Part shown: in pieces, positions 11,622-24,394 of the stretch
Numbering within the stretch: the stretch's first letter is position 1
How the letters are laid out: every line of letters starts with the position of its first letter
Assembly: GCA_002189035.1 (NCBI GenBank)
Contig: NEEC01000002.1
Span: forward strand, 2,728,001 to 2,792,000
Direction of reading: 5' to 3'
From: Utricularia gibba
Lineage: Eukaryota > Plantae > Magnoliophyta
DNA: 64,000 nucleotides
The notes under the pieces: generated by a model
What the model was told of the DNA's origin: nothing
Seen by the model: the letters and a program-made list of their open reading frames with translations, nothing else
Databases searched by the model: none
Position numbers and translations under genes: made by a program

Positions 11622-13720
11622 ATGGCCGGACGACAAGTTTCCGGCGAGGCGATACCGCCGAGCTTGGCCGGAATGTCCAAGAATCAGTTATATGACATCA
11701 TGTCGCAGATGAAGGTTTGTTTTTGCTCTTCCATGGGGCGAATTTTAGAGTTGCAGATGTTCTTGATTTACAGCCTTCCCGCATTTTTTGTTTTCTACGG
11801 AAAATCGGTATTGATTTGGAAATTTTCGATTTTTTTATCACTTTCAGACGTTGATAGAGCAGAACAGGCAGCAAGCTAGGCAAATTCTCATACAGAATCC
11901 AGCCTTGACGAAAGCTCTTTTTCAGGTTCTTTGTTTCCCTATTTTCTTTTTTGAACCCGAATTCTGTTTGTCTCTTTCGTTTGTTATGCTTTTGGAGAGG
12001 ATATTTTAGTTGCTATCAGAAATTGGGAGTTTCCTTTGGGTATTGTGTATAACCAGCCGGGTTCTTATATCATGATTTTTGTTAGCTTATTAAACACGAG
12101 AAAACCCTCCTGAAACGCCCTAAACTGATAGCTTTGGAATGGTTGATTTTGGATAATGAAACCAGATGATGGTGATGCCTGATTACCTAACGTAAAAGCT
12201 TTGTATACTGCCACATTCGAAATCTGCATTAAAAGTTTCACTATAGGATTCAGTATAGTATTTTATAGTTTGTATTGTTTTCCGGTGCAAGAGTATCATA
12301 TTCATCACAAGTGTTTGACAGTAAGTGGAATTCAGCCTTGTTGCCGTTTATGTTGCAGAGAATGTTAAGAGCTTAAAATCTTTCACAATGTGTTTAGGTT
12401 TTGTTTTCTCTCACTGTACGGGAAAAGTGATATTTTTGCGATTCAGGATTTGTTTTCATTGTCCTCTCCTTTTTCCTGCAGGCGCAGATTATGCTTGGAA
12501 TGGTTCAGCCACAGCAAGCTGTATGTCATGTCTCTCTGTTCACCTGGACCTTTCGTGCTTCTTCTTCTTCTCCAAAATGTGCTTTATGTTTTTCAATTGT
12601 GCTCAGGCCCCAGCTGTTACAGCACCAGCCACGTCGAAGCAGCAGCCAATGGTTGCATCGAATTTCCAGTCACAGTCCGTTGCAACTTCAAATCCTCCGT
12701 CCATGCCCTCACATCCTTCGCAATTACAGCAACCAAAAGGCAATCTCGGAGCTCTGTCAGCTGCATTATCTTTACCTCCGCCTCCTCAAGTTCCTAATCA
12801 ATTGCCACAACATGTTGCTTCGCAACCAGCCTCACTTCTTCAACCGACTACACAGTTACAGCAGCCAATGCAAACCACTGGTTCCCAATATTTGCCCGCG
12901 AGACCACCACTGCAAGGCTACCCGCATCAAGCTCATGCTCAGGTGGCACCGTCTGTGGGCTTTCAGCATAGTGGACCACAGCTCCATCCTTCTCAACACA
13001 CTTTCCGCGTGAGCTAAGTTCCAATGTGTTATCTCAAAATATTTGCATGATGCAGAATTTATGATCTCTTGGTTACAGCCAGGTACAAAATCTCCAGGCG
13101 GTCTCGGGGCTTCATTTCCAACGGAGCAGCTACCCCTTCCAAATCAGCCTTTGAGCCAATCTGCATATCAGGTTTCTGTAGCTACATTACCTTTCGCTCA
13201 CTGCAGGATTGTAGATTATGCATATTAAGCCATTAAGCTAAATCATATCCCTTCAGCCACTATTAATTCTTGAAGGACAAGTCCGAGTGTTTCTTGAAAT
13301 GGCCGTCTAAGCATGCAGCCTTCTTTTGTTTCTAGACAGGGAGCCCTCACTTGGGTATGGAGTTCAATCAGGCTGGAATGACAAAGCCAACAGATCGACT
13401 TACAACATGGCCACCTTCCCTTCAAGAAAGTAACATTGGCGGTCAGCTTCCTCCACCGCCCCCATATCCTGCTCCGGCAGGTCCCAGCAGCCAGCTTCCA
13501 AGATCATCAGCGGTAACTTGCCCATTCCGTTCAACAGAATATACCGTGCACTCTTTTTCAGCTATCTCATTTCTACTATTCGTAAGTGCAGCAGCTGACT
13601 CCTGAGCTGGAAAAGGCATTGCTGCAGCAAGTCATGAGCCTCACGCCAGAACAGATCAACATGTTACCACCCGATCAAAGAAATCAAATCCTTCAGCTGC
13701 AGCAGGCGCTTCGTCAGTGA
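11622..13720 (+). CDS. ESP1: ESP1-like CstF-64-related polyadenylation factor lacking the RRM (hinge, Pro/Gln-rich linker, C-terminal CSTF domain)
   Basis: Hinge LAGMSKNQLYDIMSQMKTLIEQNRQQARQILIQNPALTKALFQAQIMLGMV; C-terminus LTPELEKALLQQVMSLTPEQINMLPPDQRNQILQLQQALRQ*. Exons 11622-11714, 11848-11925, 12482-12520, 12607-13008, 13079-13171, 13336-13512, 13592-13720, all phase 0. Confidence 0.9.
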
Positions 13721-14193
13721 AAGAGTGACAGCAGTTTAAAGTGCCTTATGGATTGTGGATTGTAGTTAGTTTGCGTAATTCTTGGGTAGAGGATGCAGAC
13801 ATTTTCTTTTCCTGTGTCAAAAATTCTTGTAGCACAAGGTATCAATATTTAACAAATCTGGCAATGGGAAGACCCTTGAAAATCCAGAGTCAGAAATAAT
13901 TTGAAGTAAAATGAATTTGTACATAACTTCAACATCCATTCGTTGTGAGAGCACATGACAAGATTATATAATGACAGTTAAAACTTTTGGAAGGATTACA
14001 AGCATAACCACCATTAACTCAACGGGCAAGAAACTGCCAAAGGTGCAGTGCAGCAGCATGCTTATGTGCAGTCTCCCTTTCCTTTGAACCAGATGGCTCT
14101 GTAAAATTTCAACAGTCTGAATCACCATACAAAAACCAATAAAACGATGCCTTTCAAAAAGAAGTGAGGGAATCGATCAAGAGTCCACCCTCA

Positions 14194-15759
14194 CTACATA
14201 AGTTCTTTGCTGATGGGATCAACAACGAAATGTACTGACAAAACCTTGTCGACAAAGGGGTGGAACTTTGAAGTCCACATCTGAAGAAGTCACAGAAGAG
14301 GTGTCAAGAAGCAAGTGGCAAATGATTGGAATTCATAATTCTCTTTCATGGGCCTTCAGATGGGTTATGAGCAGAGAATCATTAGGAAACATGTGTGTTT
14401 ACTTACAGCATTGTACTCGGAACTTCTCATGAAAATCTTCATGGCCTCAGCTAGTGAAGCATAAACACAGTAAAATTTAGCATTTTGAGTGATATTGAAC
14501 CTGGGTGTGAAGGATGAATCAGAGTTGACACTCACATGATCGGAATCGAATCACTGCCCCGTGAGAATACTCACTATTCTTCATATTAAAAATTGAACCT
14601 TGAAATAGCAGAATCGAAGAAAAGGTGAGCAAGGCCATTATGGTCGATATAGGATCGTTGAAATTCACCTTCACTTGCTTGAACAATCAAAGAAGGAAAC
14701 TCCATTGCCAGGTTTGCCAGGGAAGTCATGGCATCTTCAGCCTGCTCACCAAGAGAAGTACTTCGAAATCCTAGAAGAAGAATCAGCTCAACACCATAGT
14801 TGAAATCCTGTCATGAATCATGATGGCATGAAAAAGTGCCATGAAAATCATGAAGGTGAGTATTGTTAGCACCGTTCCGAACCTCTCCCCGGCGAAATAT
14901 TGGCAACATATCATCTTCTATTTCCGATTCAAAGTCCATATTCATGATACCCTACCAAATAAAAATCCTGAAATTAGAGAAACATGATGGTAAGCTTTTT
15001 CAACCGGACATCACTTTCACAACTGAATGACATATTGGCGTTTGCATGTTATCATACATGAGAATAAGGAACCACATGTTCCTTAAGAACCCCTTTATAG
15101 GAAGGGTGTTCATAGAACCTGAAGAGATCTTCCTTAGTCCGAAATCGCATAAAGATTGCATGAGTGTACTGTTCAGGATTCTGATCAGAAACACGGCCTG
15201 CAGAAATCAAACTCAGGACAAGCAATCTCCAGAATCAAATCAGTTACTCCGAAACAACCTAAAGATGTGGCAACAATGCCTGGCATCTGGTACTGCGTGG
15301 TGTAAAGAAAATCCAGCATGTTCTTTTCCTTCTCTTCGGACAAATCTTCTTTCCCTCTTACTAGGCATACATGCTCGACAACCTTTCTGAAGATGGTGTG
15401 AGGAATATGAATCTTACGGAACACACAAAATAGCACTAACAACCCAAAGCCCGTTCATTCAACAAAAAGCATCACCGTTTTCTTTGATAAAGTCCCAGGT
15501 TTCCCTTCTCCATTGCTAAAGCGAGAAACCCTTTATCCTTTTCAGCCCAGCGATACGAATGACCTCCATAATCTGCCCCAAACGACAGAAGTTGAGAACA
15601 ACTGCGGTCACCCATTGAAATCAATTACGAAAGATGGGACCTTTTACATTTCTCACCACCGTTGGGAAATTTTTTCCCATCCTCAGTACGCAAGCGGGTT
15701 CTACGCAAGGCTTCAGCGCCAGAGCAATAAGGAGATGAAACCTGAGTGAGAGCCTGCAT
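14194..15759 (-). CDS. Stress-responsive alpha/beta-barrel (two Dabb domains) protein, probably plastid-targeted (At2g32500-like); missed by the ORF track
   Basis: Nine phase-consistent exons: MQALTQ...; RKRKVVEHVCLVRGKEDLSEEKEKNMLDFLYTTQYQMPGIVATSLG; YTHAIFMRFRTKEDLFRFYEHPSYKGVLKEHVVPYSH; GIMNMDFESEIEDDMLPIFRRGE; DFNYGVELILLLGF; EYSHGAVIRFRS; MWTSKFHPFVDKVLSVHFVVDPISKELM*. The start codon is less certain. Confidence 0.85.
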
Positions 15760-16752
15760 TCCAAGAAGTTGGCTGCAAACTTCTTCCCTGGGTATGTCTC
15801 CGACTCGTGGAAGCAAAGGATTATGAATGAAAATTGGGTGGACGAGGATTTCCAATTTCCTCCATGCCCACTTCTTGGATAAAGTGCAACGATGGAGAAG
15901 TCGATTTACATCTCAGCATACACAGAGCTTTTCTGGAACGACAGTCACATATTAACGCACATTTAATTGAAAATGATTATAAAATGATTTAATAAAATCA
16001 CAATGAAATGAACATAATTTGTATAAATTAAAATGGAAAAATTGCACCAATTGTCCATACTATTTACCTAAATAACATAATTGATCCTCAAAATAGTGTT
16101 TTAATTTTCAATATTTAAAAAAATTATAATTGATTCCTATTGCTCTAAAATGGACAAAAATAATCTTTTATTGTTTCAAAATCAGAGAAAAAAAATAATC
16201 GCAACTATTTACATTAATGGAAAAATCAATTTCTAATATAAAACTATTTTTCCCCAATTTAAACGAATACAACTTTTCACCAAATAAAACTATAAAAAAA
16301 GTGTCCCCAATTCAAATACAACTTTTGAAAGGTTGCCTTCCAATTATAGTTAACAATATATTTTTATTGAATTAAATTGATAATTGATTTAAAAATTTAA
16401 TTTTAGATACTTTTTTTTCAGGCCATTAGCTACAGTAACCCCCTGCGGCCCATTATTCCACAGGGTTTTGGCCCAGGGGATCGTCTTCTTTTCTTCTCTC
16501 GTTATCCCCTTCGTTTCATATCTGTTGTCGCTTCGCCACAGGTACGCCGGCCTTCACCTTCCACCGGTTTTTGCCAGTTTCAGTGAACGATTTCTGATGA
16601 TTCACCTCTACTTCTACTTGGTGATAGGCTTTTCTTTCATTGTTGATTCCTCGTACCGTATCTTGTGTGGTATATACAGTTAAATGACAGCATTTCAACC
16701 TAATATTCTTACGCCATTCATTACAGGCTCTTGTGTACCTTTTCCTTTGAGA

Positions 16753-18189
16753 ATGCTCTGTTTGAGGCATTCTCTAGCCTCCGTTAGCATCGGGTTGGAA
16801 TCAGTACTACACTTGAAAAACAGAAACTGCATGCGAGTGGTTAGCTCTTTCCTCTAATCAATTCGTTCGCTATACTGTTTGACAATCAAAATTTGTATTT
16901 GAAATGTTTCTTGTGGAGCTGAGAAGGTTGTGATTGACGAATGTACATTTTTTGTCGGGCACGCCTACACCTTTTCCCTAAACGAATGCTTGCTCCTAAG
17001 GGGATTTGAACCCCAATCTCTACACCTCCGCGGTTGATGTGTTTTTTGTACCTTATGTGGTCGAGGTAGTCCTCTGGGCTGCAAACAAGGACTTAACATT
17101 GCATATTAATAGCATTTCTCAGGAATGTGCTGCAAAAGGCCGTAGACCGAGGTATCCTCGGGTATGGAAGACAAGAAAAAGGATAGGAACCGTTTCCAAG
17201 TCATTGAAGCTCGTAGAATGTGTAAGGCTTATCCCTTAACACTGGCAGGGTAGCGTTTCCTAGCCATATGTGAGTATGTGAATCTGTTTGCTATTTCAGG
17301 TCAAAGGTCTATCAAATGTGAAGGAGGAGGTATATGGTGCTCTTGATTCCTTCATCGCTTGGGACTTGGAATTTCCCTTGATTACCGTGAAGAAAGCCCT
17401 GAAAAGCCTCGAGGATGAGAAGGAGTGGAAGAGGATCATACAGGTAAATATTCATAAATCAATCGTAGGACTGTAAATTTTACCTTGACCTTAATTTAGA
17501 AAGTGCACCGTTAGTTCGCATGTATTTTCAGATTCTATCATATGACTAGCCCTCCTCCCCTAGGTTACCAAATGGATGCTTAGTAAGGGCCAAGGAAGAA
17601 CAATGGGAAGCTATTATACTTTGTTGAACGCATTGGCTGAAGATGGCAGGGTTGATGAGGCCGGGGAGCTTTGGCAGGGATTATTTTCCAAGCATTTGGA
17701 CAGCATGCCACGTATGTTCTTTCAGAAGATGATTTCTATATACCATAAAAGAGAAATGCATCAGAATGCACTTGAGGTACCATAAGCCCTCTTCCTAAAG
17801 TATCTTGATTAGTTGCTTAGAAATTCCATCACAAGTTCTACCAGGCTGCTGCATGACCACAGATATTCGCTGACATGGAAGAGCTCAGCGTGAAGCCGAC
17901 CATGCAGACAGTTTCAATGGTCGGGGATACTCTGACGAAGTTGGGGATGTTGGACAAGTATGAGAAACTGATCAAGAAGTACCCTCCTCCTAGATGGGAG
18001 TATCGATACGTTAACGGCAAACGTGTCAGAATGAGGCCAAACACTGATGATGGCAAAGCTGATAACATCGCTAGTTTGGATGATGGAGAACAAGAAGAAG
18101 ACGTCCATGATTTGACTGATAGTGAAGATGATGTATCTACTGATGATTGCAAAGAAGGACAAAGCTTGTATGCACCTGATATTCATTGA
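16753..18189 (+). CDS. EMB1417: Short PPR-containing plastid protein, At4g21190/EMB1417-like
   Basis: [102 protein letters not shown]. Exons 16753-16839, 17123-17221, 17300-17443, 17564-17776, 17863-18189. Confidence 0.92.
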
Positions 18190-18317
18190 TTTGGTTCTAA
18201 AGCATCAACTTCCACAAGACAGATTAACATCAGTTGATTACCTTACGGACTACCCCTGCGTGCAGATGAATCAACCAGCAGTTTACTCACTCATTGATTC
18301 AGCTAAAAGTACATGTC

Positions 18318-19782
18318 TCACCGAAGCAGTTTCGAATTCGACACAGCGGGGTATCTAAATGGCTTCACCGTCTCTCCCAGTCTTTAAGCTTCTTGCTGCC
18401 TTTGGGTTTTTCAATGGGCAGATTCATTCCAGCCATCTTTTGATTATATTTGGCTCTAAGAGGATCATTGAAAGTCCACCTGCATCACCAATAATAACAA
18501 CACAGGCGTCAGCTAGTATTGTACCCCAAGGGAAAACTGGCCAAAATGTGATGCATCCATAAGAGCAGACTCAAAAGAAATAGCGAAATTCGACTTACGG
18601 ATTATTCCAGTCAGTTGTATCCTCATTGACAAGATGAGTCCATTTGGTTCTTCCACTGCGACCAAAGTGCTTAACCTGCATAACCTTTGGCAATATGGTT
18701 TTATCCATCTTATCCTCCCCTGTTGGAGCAGAGAAATCCCGTGTGTAAATGCCATCAGCCCCTGCAGTCCCGGTGTGATCATCCGGATTCGCCTGGAAGA
18801 AAGCACCCTTGTGATAATATTTCTGCATAAACCTCCATTTTGATTTGGACTGCGTAGTTGGTTTTGGATTCCTTCTTTCCCACTCCCTACGCTCCTCCTC
18901 TGTCATGCTCCTAACTTTCTCAACTTCCTCCCTTTCCTTCAGCATTGCATCTCTAGCCTCTCTATCCCTTTTGATCCTCGAAATCTCCCTCCCTTTCCAT
19001 GCCTCGTACTCCTCTGCTTCATTCAGGTCATCATCTGTATCAACATCAGCAATATTAGCTTCTAACTCCATGTTTTTCTGGATCTCCTGATCCTCCTTAA
19101 TCTTCTCCACAACTATTTCCTTGGTCTCCTTCTTCCGTTCTTCCAGCCTTCTCCGGACTGCTTCCTCTAATGCTCTTTCCTCCTCTTCAAGCCTTTCACG
19201 TTCTGCAATAGTGTCCCTCTGTAGCTTAGGAACGAACACAGGCTTAATCATTGCAATCCCCATAGTTTCCTCCTCTGGATCAGTTTCGTATTCGGATTCC
19301 TCCTCCTCTTCCTCCTCTTCGGCTTCTTCCTCTTCTTCCTCCGGCAAAAGGGCTGCTTCCTCTTGCTGCCTTAACAAAAGCTTCTCCCTAATCCTCCTCC
19401 TTCTATCATCCAGCGCATCCTCATCTTCTTCCTCCATATCTAAGCCTTCCATTCTCCGGCTTTCCTCCTCCACAGTTGATACGATCTCCGCCTGCCGTAT
19501 TCGCCTGTGATCTTCCCTGACTTCATCGCGGTTATCGACTCTACTTTCCGCCAGACGACGCAAACGAGGGTCGTCCTTCCGCATAGCATCAGAACCACCA
19601 TCCGCCTTGCTTGGAAAAGCTGTATCCCTGGTTGTCCGAATATCCCCATCTTCATCACTGTCGTCGGCCCACTCCGGTGCTTTCCCTGGCCAATACCTTT
19701 TCACCTTCGTTTGCCCAATTTTTCCTCTAAGCTTCTCCCTAACCGCAATCACGGTGTCACTAACCCCAGCTACGACCGACAT
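18318..19782 (-). CDS. MFAP1: Microfibrillar-associated protein 1 (spliceosomal B-complex factor)
   Basis: MSVVAGVSDTVIAVREKLRGKIGQTKVKRYWPGKAPEW, KPVFVPK..RDTIAERE, FMQKYYHKGAFFQ, DKTILPKVMQVKHFGRSGRTKWTHLVNEDTT. Exons 19782-18599 and 18479-18318 (WTFNDPLRAKYNQKMAG). Confidence 0.95.
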
Positions 19783-20418
19783 CAGAACCACTTATCACCG
19801 ACAACCCTAATTCCAAAAAAATCGAATGCACGAATATCGACCCCCAGAACTTCCGGGGGAAATCAACCGTAGGATTACGTGAAGAACACCCTAAGCAATT
19901 GGAACCCCGCCTTAAGAATCGTTACTCGTACGAGTAACGCGGCGAAAAACAAAAGGAAACGAAGTTTCGCCGGAGACGAAGAACGAAAAACTGAAGATAA
20001 TCGGGAATATGACTTGGGCTGTATATATATTTTTTATTTTTAATTAATATTTATTTTTCCTCAAAAAAAAAATATTTAATTGAAAGATGTTCAATTTTAA
20101 CCAATTAATATGTATTTGATAAAAATAGATTGGTTTTTTATTTGATTTCAAAATTTTTGAACGGATTAATGGAAAATCGAAAATCACGTGAGGGGCGTGC
20201 TACTACACATAACCGACCCTAGCGTGCCACGTAGCAGTCAATTTGTGAATGATTATCCACCCTGGCAATTCCTTAAGATTCATGAGTTGCTGTATTTGGA
20301 TTTCCGCGTCTGCAATTTGGATTTCATAAACCCTAATTTCGACCTCTCCGTTCCCAGCTGTGGACGAAACCGACACGAAGCCTAATTGAAGGAACGAAGT
20401 AGGTCGGATTGAGGAATC
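19783..20418. promoter_or_regulatory. Bidirectional promoter between MFAP1 and the NUP50-like gene
   Basis: Divergent ATGs 636 bp apart; telo-box-like AACCCTAA near 19804 and AAACCCTAA near 20328; site II TGGGCT near 20015. Confidence 0.55.
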
Positions 20419-22829
20419 ATGAGAGGGATGAAACGTCCTGCGATCTTCGATTCGACGCCTGACTTCAATTCTAAAGACTCCATTGTAAGTTCTTCTGTTG
20501 TCATGTATTGTTTGCATTTGCTTTACCTATAAGGACGACGAAGGTTGAGCTGATTGGGAGTGCAGCAGACCGATAGATTGGTTTGGCCCCGCCGTTCCTT
20601 GCACCCGCGGCCGAGCAATCGCTTCAGCGGCCGCCCCTTGATGTGCAGAGAGCCGAATCTTCAAGGCGGCATGTCAGAGCTCTTAATAACCAGTTCGCGA
20701 AGTTAGTATAATGTTATGTTGGTTTTAACCTTCCCAGCTTCTTGCTCAAGCCTCCGTAATTTTTTTCACTCTTCGTATAAAATTTTGATTGCTGCTTTTT
20801 TATGGTCAAGGCTTAATTGGCCTTTCGGTTGGGAGTTAGCTTTAATGCTAATTTGTCTCCGGAATGGGGTCGACTCACTGTTAGAGCCCTACGATTTTAA
20901 TTGTGATGCCTTTTTTTCTGTCTCATTTTGCAACTGCAAATTGCATCTTTTCTGGAATATTAATGCAAATGCTCACACCGTAAACCTTGACTTCGTCAGC
21001 TGGATACAAACCCAATTACAGAACCATCCTGACGAGCTGTGGGAAGATGGAGTGCAGGACTATTTAAATCATGCTAAAGGCATCATGGTAAGCAAAGGTT
21101 TCTTTTTTAATTATTCCACGCTCAGGATGCTGCAAGCACTGTAAATTTCTGATTTTAAAACTATCATGCAAAAATTCAATTCATTTTCTCTTCAACTGCA
21201 GGAAACTTTCAGTGATATTGTTGGTTGGATGAAAGCAAACAAATCGATTGTGAGTGCCGGAGAACAACATCCTGCAGATGCTCAAGTTAAAATCACTTCA
21301 GAAAATGATGAAAGCAGTCGATTAGAAAGACCTGACCTTCCTAAAGTTGCAACAGGAAGTTTTGGGGCTCCATGGGGTCAGGAATTTTCAGTAACACTAA
21401 CAATGCACCATTCTCATTTAGAGGTATTCTTTTCGCTTGTGCTTTATTTGATACCCTGTGTGGCATCTGCTGATGCTGTTCTGTTATTTTGGTGTTATTT
21501 TCTGCTTGATTCATTGTGATCGCAAATAGTAATGTGTATTATTCTTTTTGGTTATCTTAACTCTCTTTGATTTTTCTTGTCTCAGGGTCTGCTACTTCAG
21601 TTCCCTCAAATGATGCAGCTTCGAATGAAGCAGATGCTGGTACGATTCAATTTTTTTTTTTTCTGCTTTGATCTATCACACAATGCAAACAATTCTGCAC
21701 ACTAACCTAGATCATCAGAAGAATAACTATCATTCAACGTTTAGTTATTTCATTTTACTCTCGTAGTTCAGGATATTAGTATGTCATAGATACTTCATGT
21801 TTTCTTACGGTGTTTTGCTCCATTTTTTTTATCCAAATTATGCAATCATTCCTTGGTGTATCACTGCATAAAATGTCTTGCAATATCAATACGTTAAGCA
21901 GTTTCTGTTTTTTGTAACTTGTTTCAATCCAGATGATGGAATCGAAGCTCCAAGTAGCCCATCTTTGAAAAGAAGTGAAGAGAGCGGAATAACAACTGTG
22001 CACGAAGTAAAATGTAAACTTTACATAAAGGTAAATATCCTTACATTGCATGTTATTGGGAGTCATGAAATGAAACATATATTGAGGCTCGGGAACTAAT
22101 GGTAGGATATCTCCTAGATGTTTGGTTTTCTTAGTGAATACGATAAGGAAATACTGATGTATGAACGTTTGTTGGAAAATGCTTGATTTTCTTTTTCCGG
22201 TGATTTTCTGCCGTGTGCTCTAACTTTCTTGATTGCATCATATTTCTCCAGTCAAGTGATCCAGCGGATAAAGATGCTTGGAAAGATAGAGGCATGGGTC
22301 ATCTAACCATCAAATGCAAGGAAGGATTTGATAAGGGGACCAGAGAATCTAAACCCTCCATTGTCATGCGCAATGATGTCGGTTTCACTCCTGTTTGATT
22401 ATTGCAGGTTGTTGTGTTTCTAATATGCTAAACACATATTTCTGTGCATACATTTCACTTGCTGCAGGTGGGGAAACTTCTGCTTAATGCATCGTTGTAT
22501 CCAGGCATCAAAACAATTTTGCAAAAGAACTCTATAGTTGTAATACTCCATACGGTACGGCTCCTACACTTGTTTGTTATGCTCTACCATTTTCTTGTTC
22601 CATTTTGGGTAGTTGTAATCCTATGTCGTAAGCATGAGAGTTAATATGCGCAGCACCAATAAAATGCTTCACTGTGCCATCATTTTAGCATTGTTGTCTC
22701 ATTGTTATGAAGGCCGATAGCGATAAGAGCGATACTGCTGTTGCCCACACCTTCCTGATAAGAACCAAGAATGAGGAAGCCCGGGACAATCTTGCAGCTG
22801 CTATTGCGGAATGTGCTCCTGCAGGTTGA
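20419..22829 (+). CDS. NUP50-like / Ran-binding-domain (RanBD1) protein, At4g11790-like; apparent 1-bp frameshift
   Basis: AESSRRHVRALNNQFANWIQTQLQNHPDELWEDGVQDYLNHA; RanBD VHEVKCKLYIK, DKDAWKDRGMGHLTIKCKEG, MRNDVGKLLLNASLYPGIK. Nine exons. Splice phases work only if a G is added at 21374-21377 (WGSGIFSN). Confidence 0.88.
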
Positions 22830-24394
22830 GTATCCCTCAGTGTTTTGTTGTATCCTTGATCTCCTGTTGTATTGTGTCGCTGCTGAGAATTTGGGGATTT
22901 AACTTTTGGGAGATTTCCCATTGAGAACAACCTAAACCTTTGCCCCATTTTCAGTGTATGGACTTCAATCCCTTGCCATTTACATGATATCTGTTATACA
23001 TGAAGGTGATTCTTTTTTCAGATGTACATAATTTTTTTATAAGTATAAAAGTAAAAAATAAAAATGGAATTTTTTTAATGAAAATAGGAATAAAAAATCT
23101 ATAAGAAATTATGATTCGTTTATTTGATTATATTAAATATAATTAGAAGTTATTAAATTGGTTTCAATTGATTATATGAAAATAGGATATTAAAATGAAT
23201 AATAATTTCAACATCTTTTAAAAGTTGAGTGGCGTTGGGCGGTGGGCACCTGGGCTCCCGTCAATTTGATGTATGCGCACCCCGGCGATCCCTACAAGTC
23301 AAGAACGGCGTCAGCAGCTGCGCACGACCGCCGCCGCCGCCACCCTTTGAAATTTCATATATCTGTTTACAGAATAAACAAACCGGTACAACACCACGTG
23401 TATTTTTTTCCCTCATTCGTCGTTCTGTTTCTTAGGTTCCCTCAATTTTTTTTTATTCATTAGGCTTGTAAAAAGTTAAAAAAAAAAGAAGAAGAAGAAA
23501 GTTATGGTACTTGGCTGATTACCTCGTTCTCGGCTCATGAAATTTGCATGGCATGCATTACATTTTTTATTTGCATATTGTGGTGTTTTAAATGTGAGTT
23601 TCGAAAAATTTTTCCAAAAACGAAATTAAGAAAAAAATGACCAAATTTGAGGGTGTATTAGAATTTTGACTAATCATCTTATCACTATATGAAAAAAGTG
23701 ATCCATCTGTAATATAAATTTTTTAAATATAGATTGTGCTGATAGTCATTTTTCTAAATGACTTTCAAATTTAGAGAAATTTAAGAATATTTGTTTCGGA
23801 AAAAAATCTGAAATGCAAAATCAGATAATACTAATTATTATAATGGTAAAATCATAAAATCGAAAAATATAATCTATTTTAATTCAATTCAATTCCAAAT
23901 AATTAACGTTGATGCCCCCACGTAGAACGCAACGTTATTTATTTATTTATTTTCGGAAAAGATCCACCATAAAATAATGATTCCCATTGATACATGAATC
24001 CGAAGCCCTGTGCGGTGTGGGCGTCATGTCCCATGATGATTGGACGGACCGGACCGGACCGAACCAAAGGTGGGGAATCCGGTCTAGGTTCTGGTGTGGA
24101 AGGGTTGGTGAGGGGGAGTCGGAGGTGCAGTTGACGAGGTCTGGTCGAGGGGAGTGAAAGAAATGGGAAATTGCTGTGATGACCCCAGCTGTTGTTCCCT
24201 GAATTTTCTTTTCTGTGTGTTGGTTTTCTTTATAAGGACAGACTAGGCCCGTTACAACACACAGCTTGGGATATACTGTTGGCCTGAGTTGTCCTGCCTG
24301 GATTCTCCTCCTCCTCCTACTTCGTGCCATCCGTACTACTACGGCAACAGGGCCGGGATTTGAGCGGGGGTTGTTTTTCAACTGCACCAAGGCG

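Noticed and set aside
19121-19510. 129-aa Ser-rich plus-strand ORF and many similar antisense or alternative-frame ORFs (e.g. 4095-4451, 9167-9754, 12491-13012, 43338-43667, 56413-56767)
   Set aside because: They are shadows of real coding exons on the other strand or frame, with low complexity and no independent motifs.
23395-23400. G-box CACGTG about 1 kb upstream of HMGS as a jasmonate/MYC element
   Set aside because: A single hexamer is expected by chance; not supportable without conservation or binding data.
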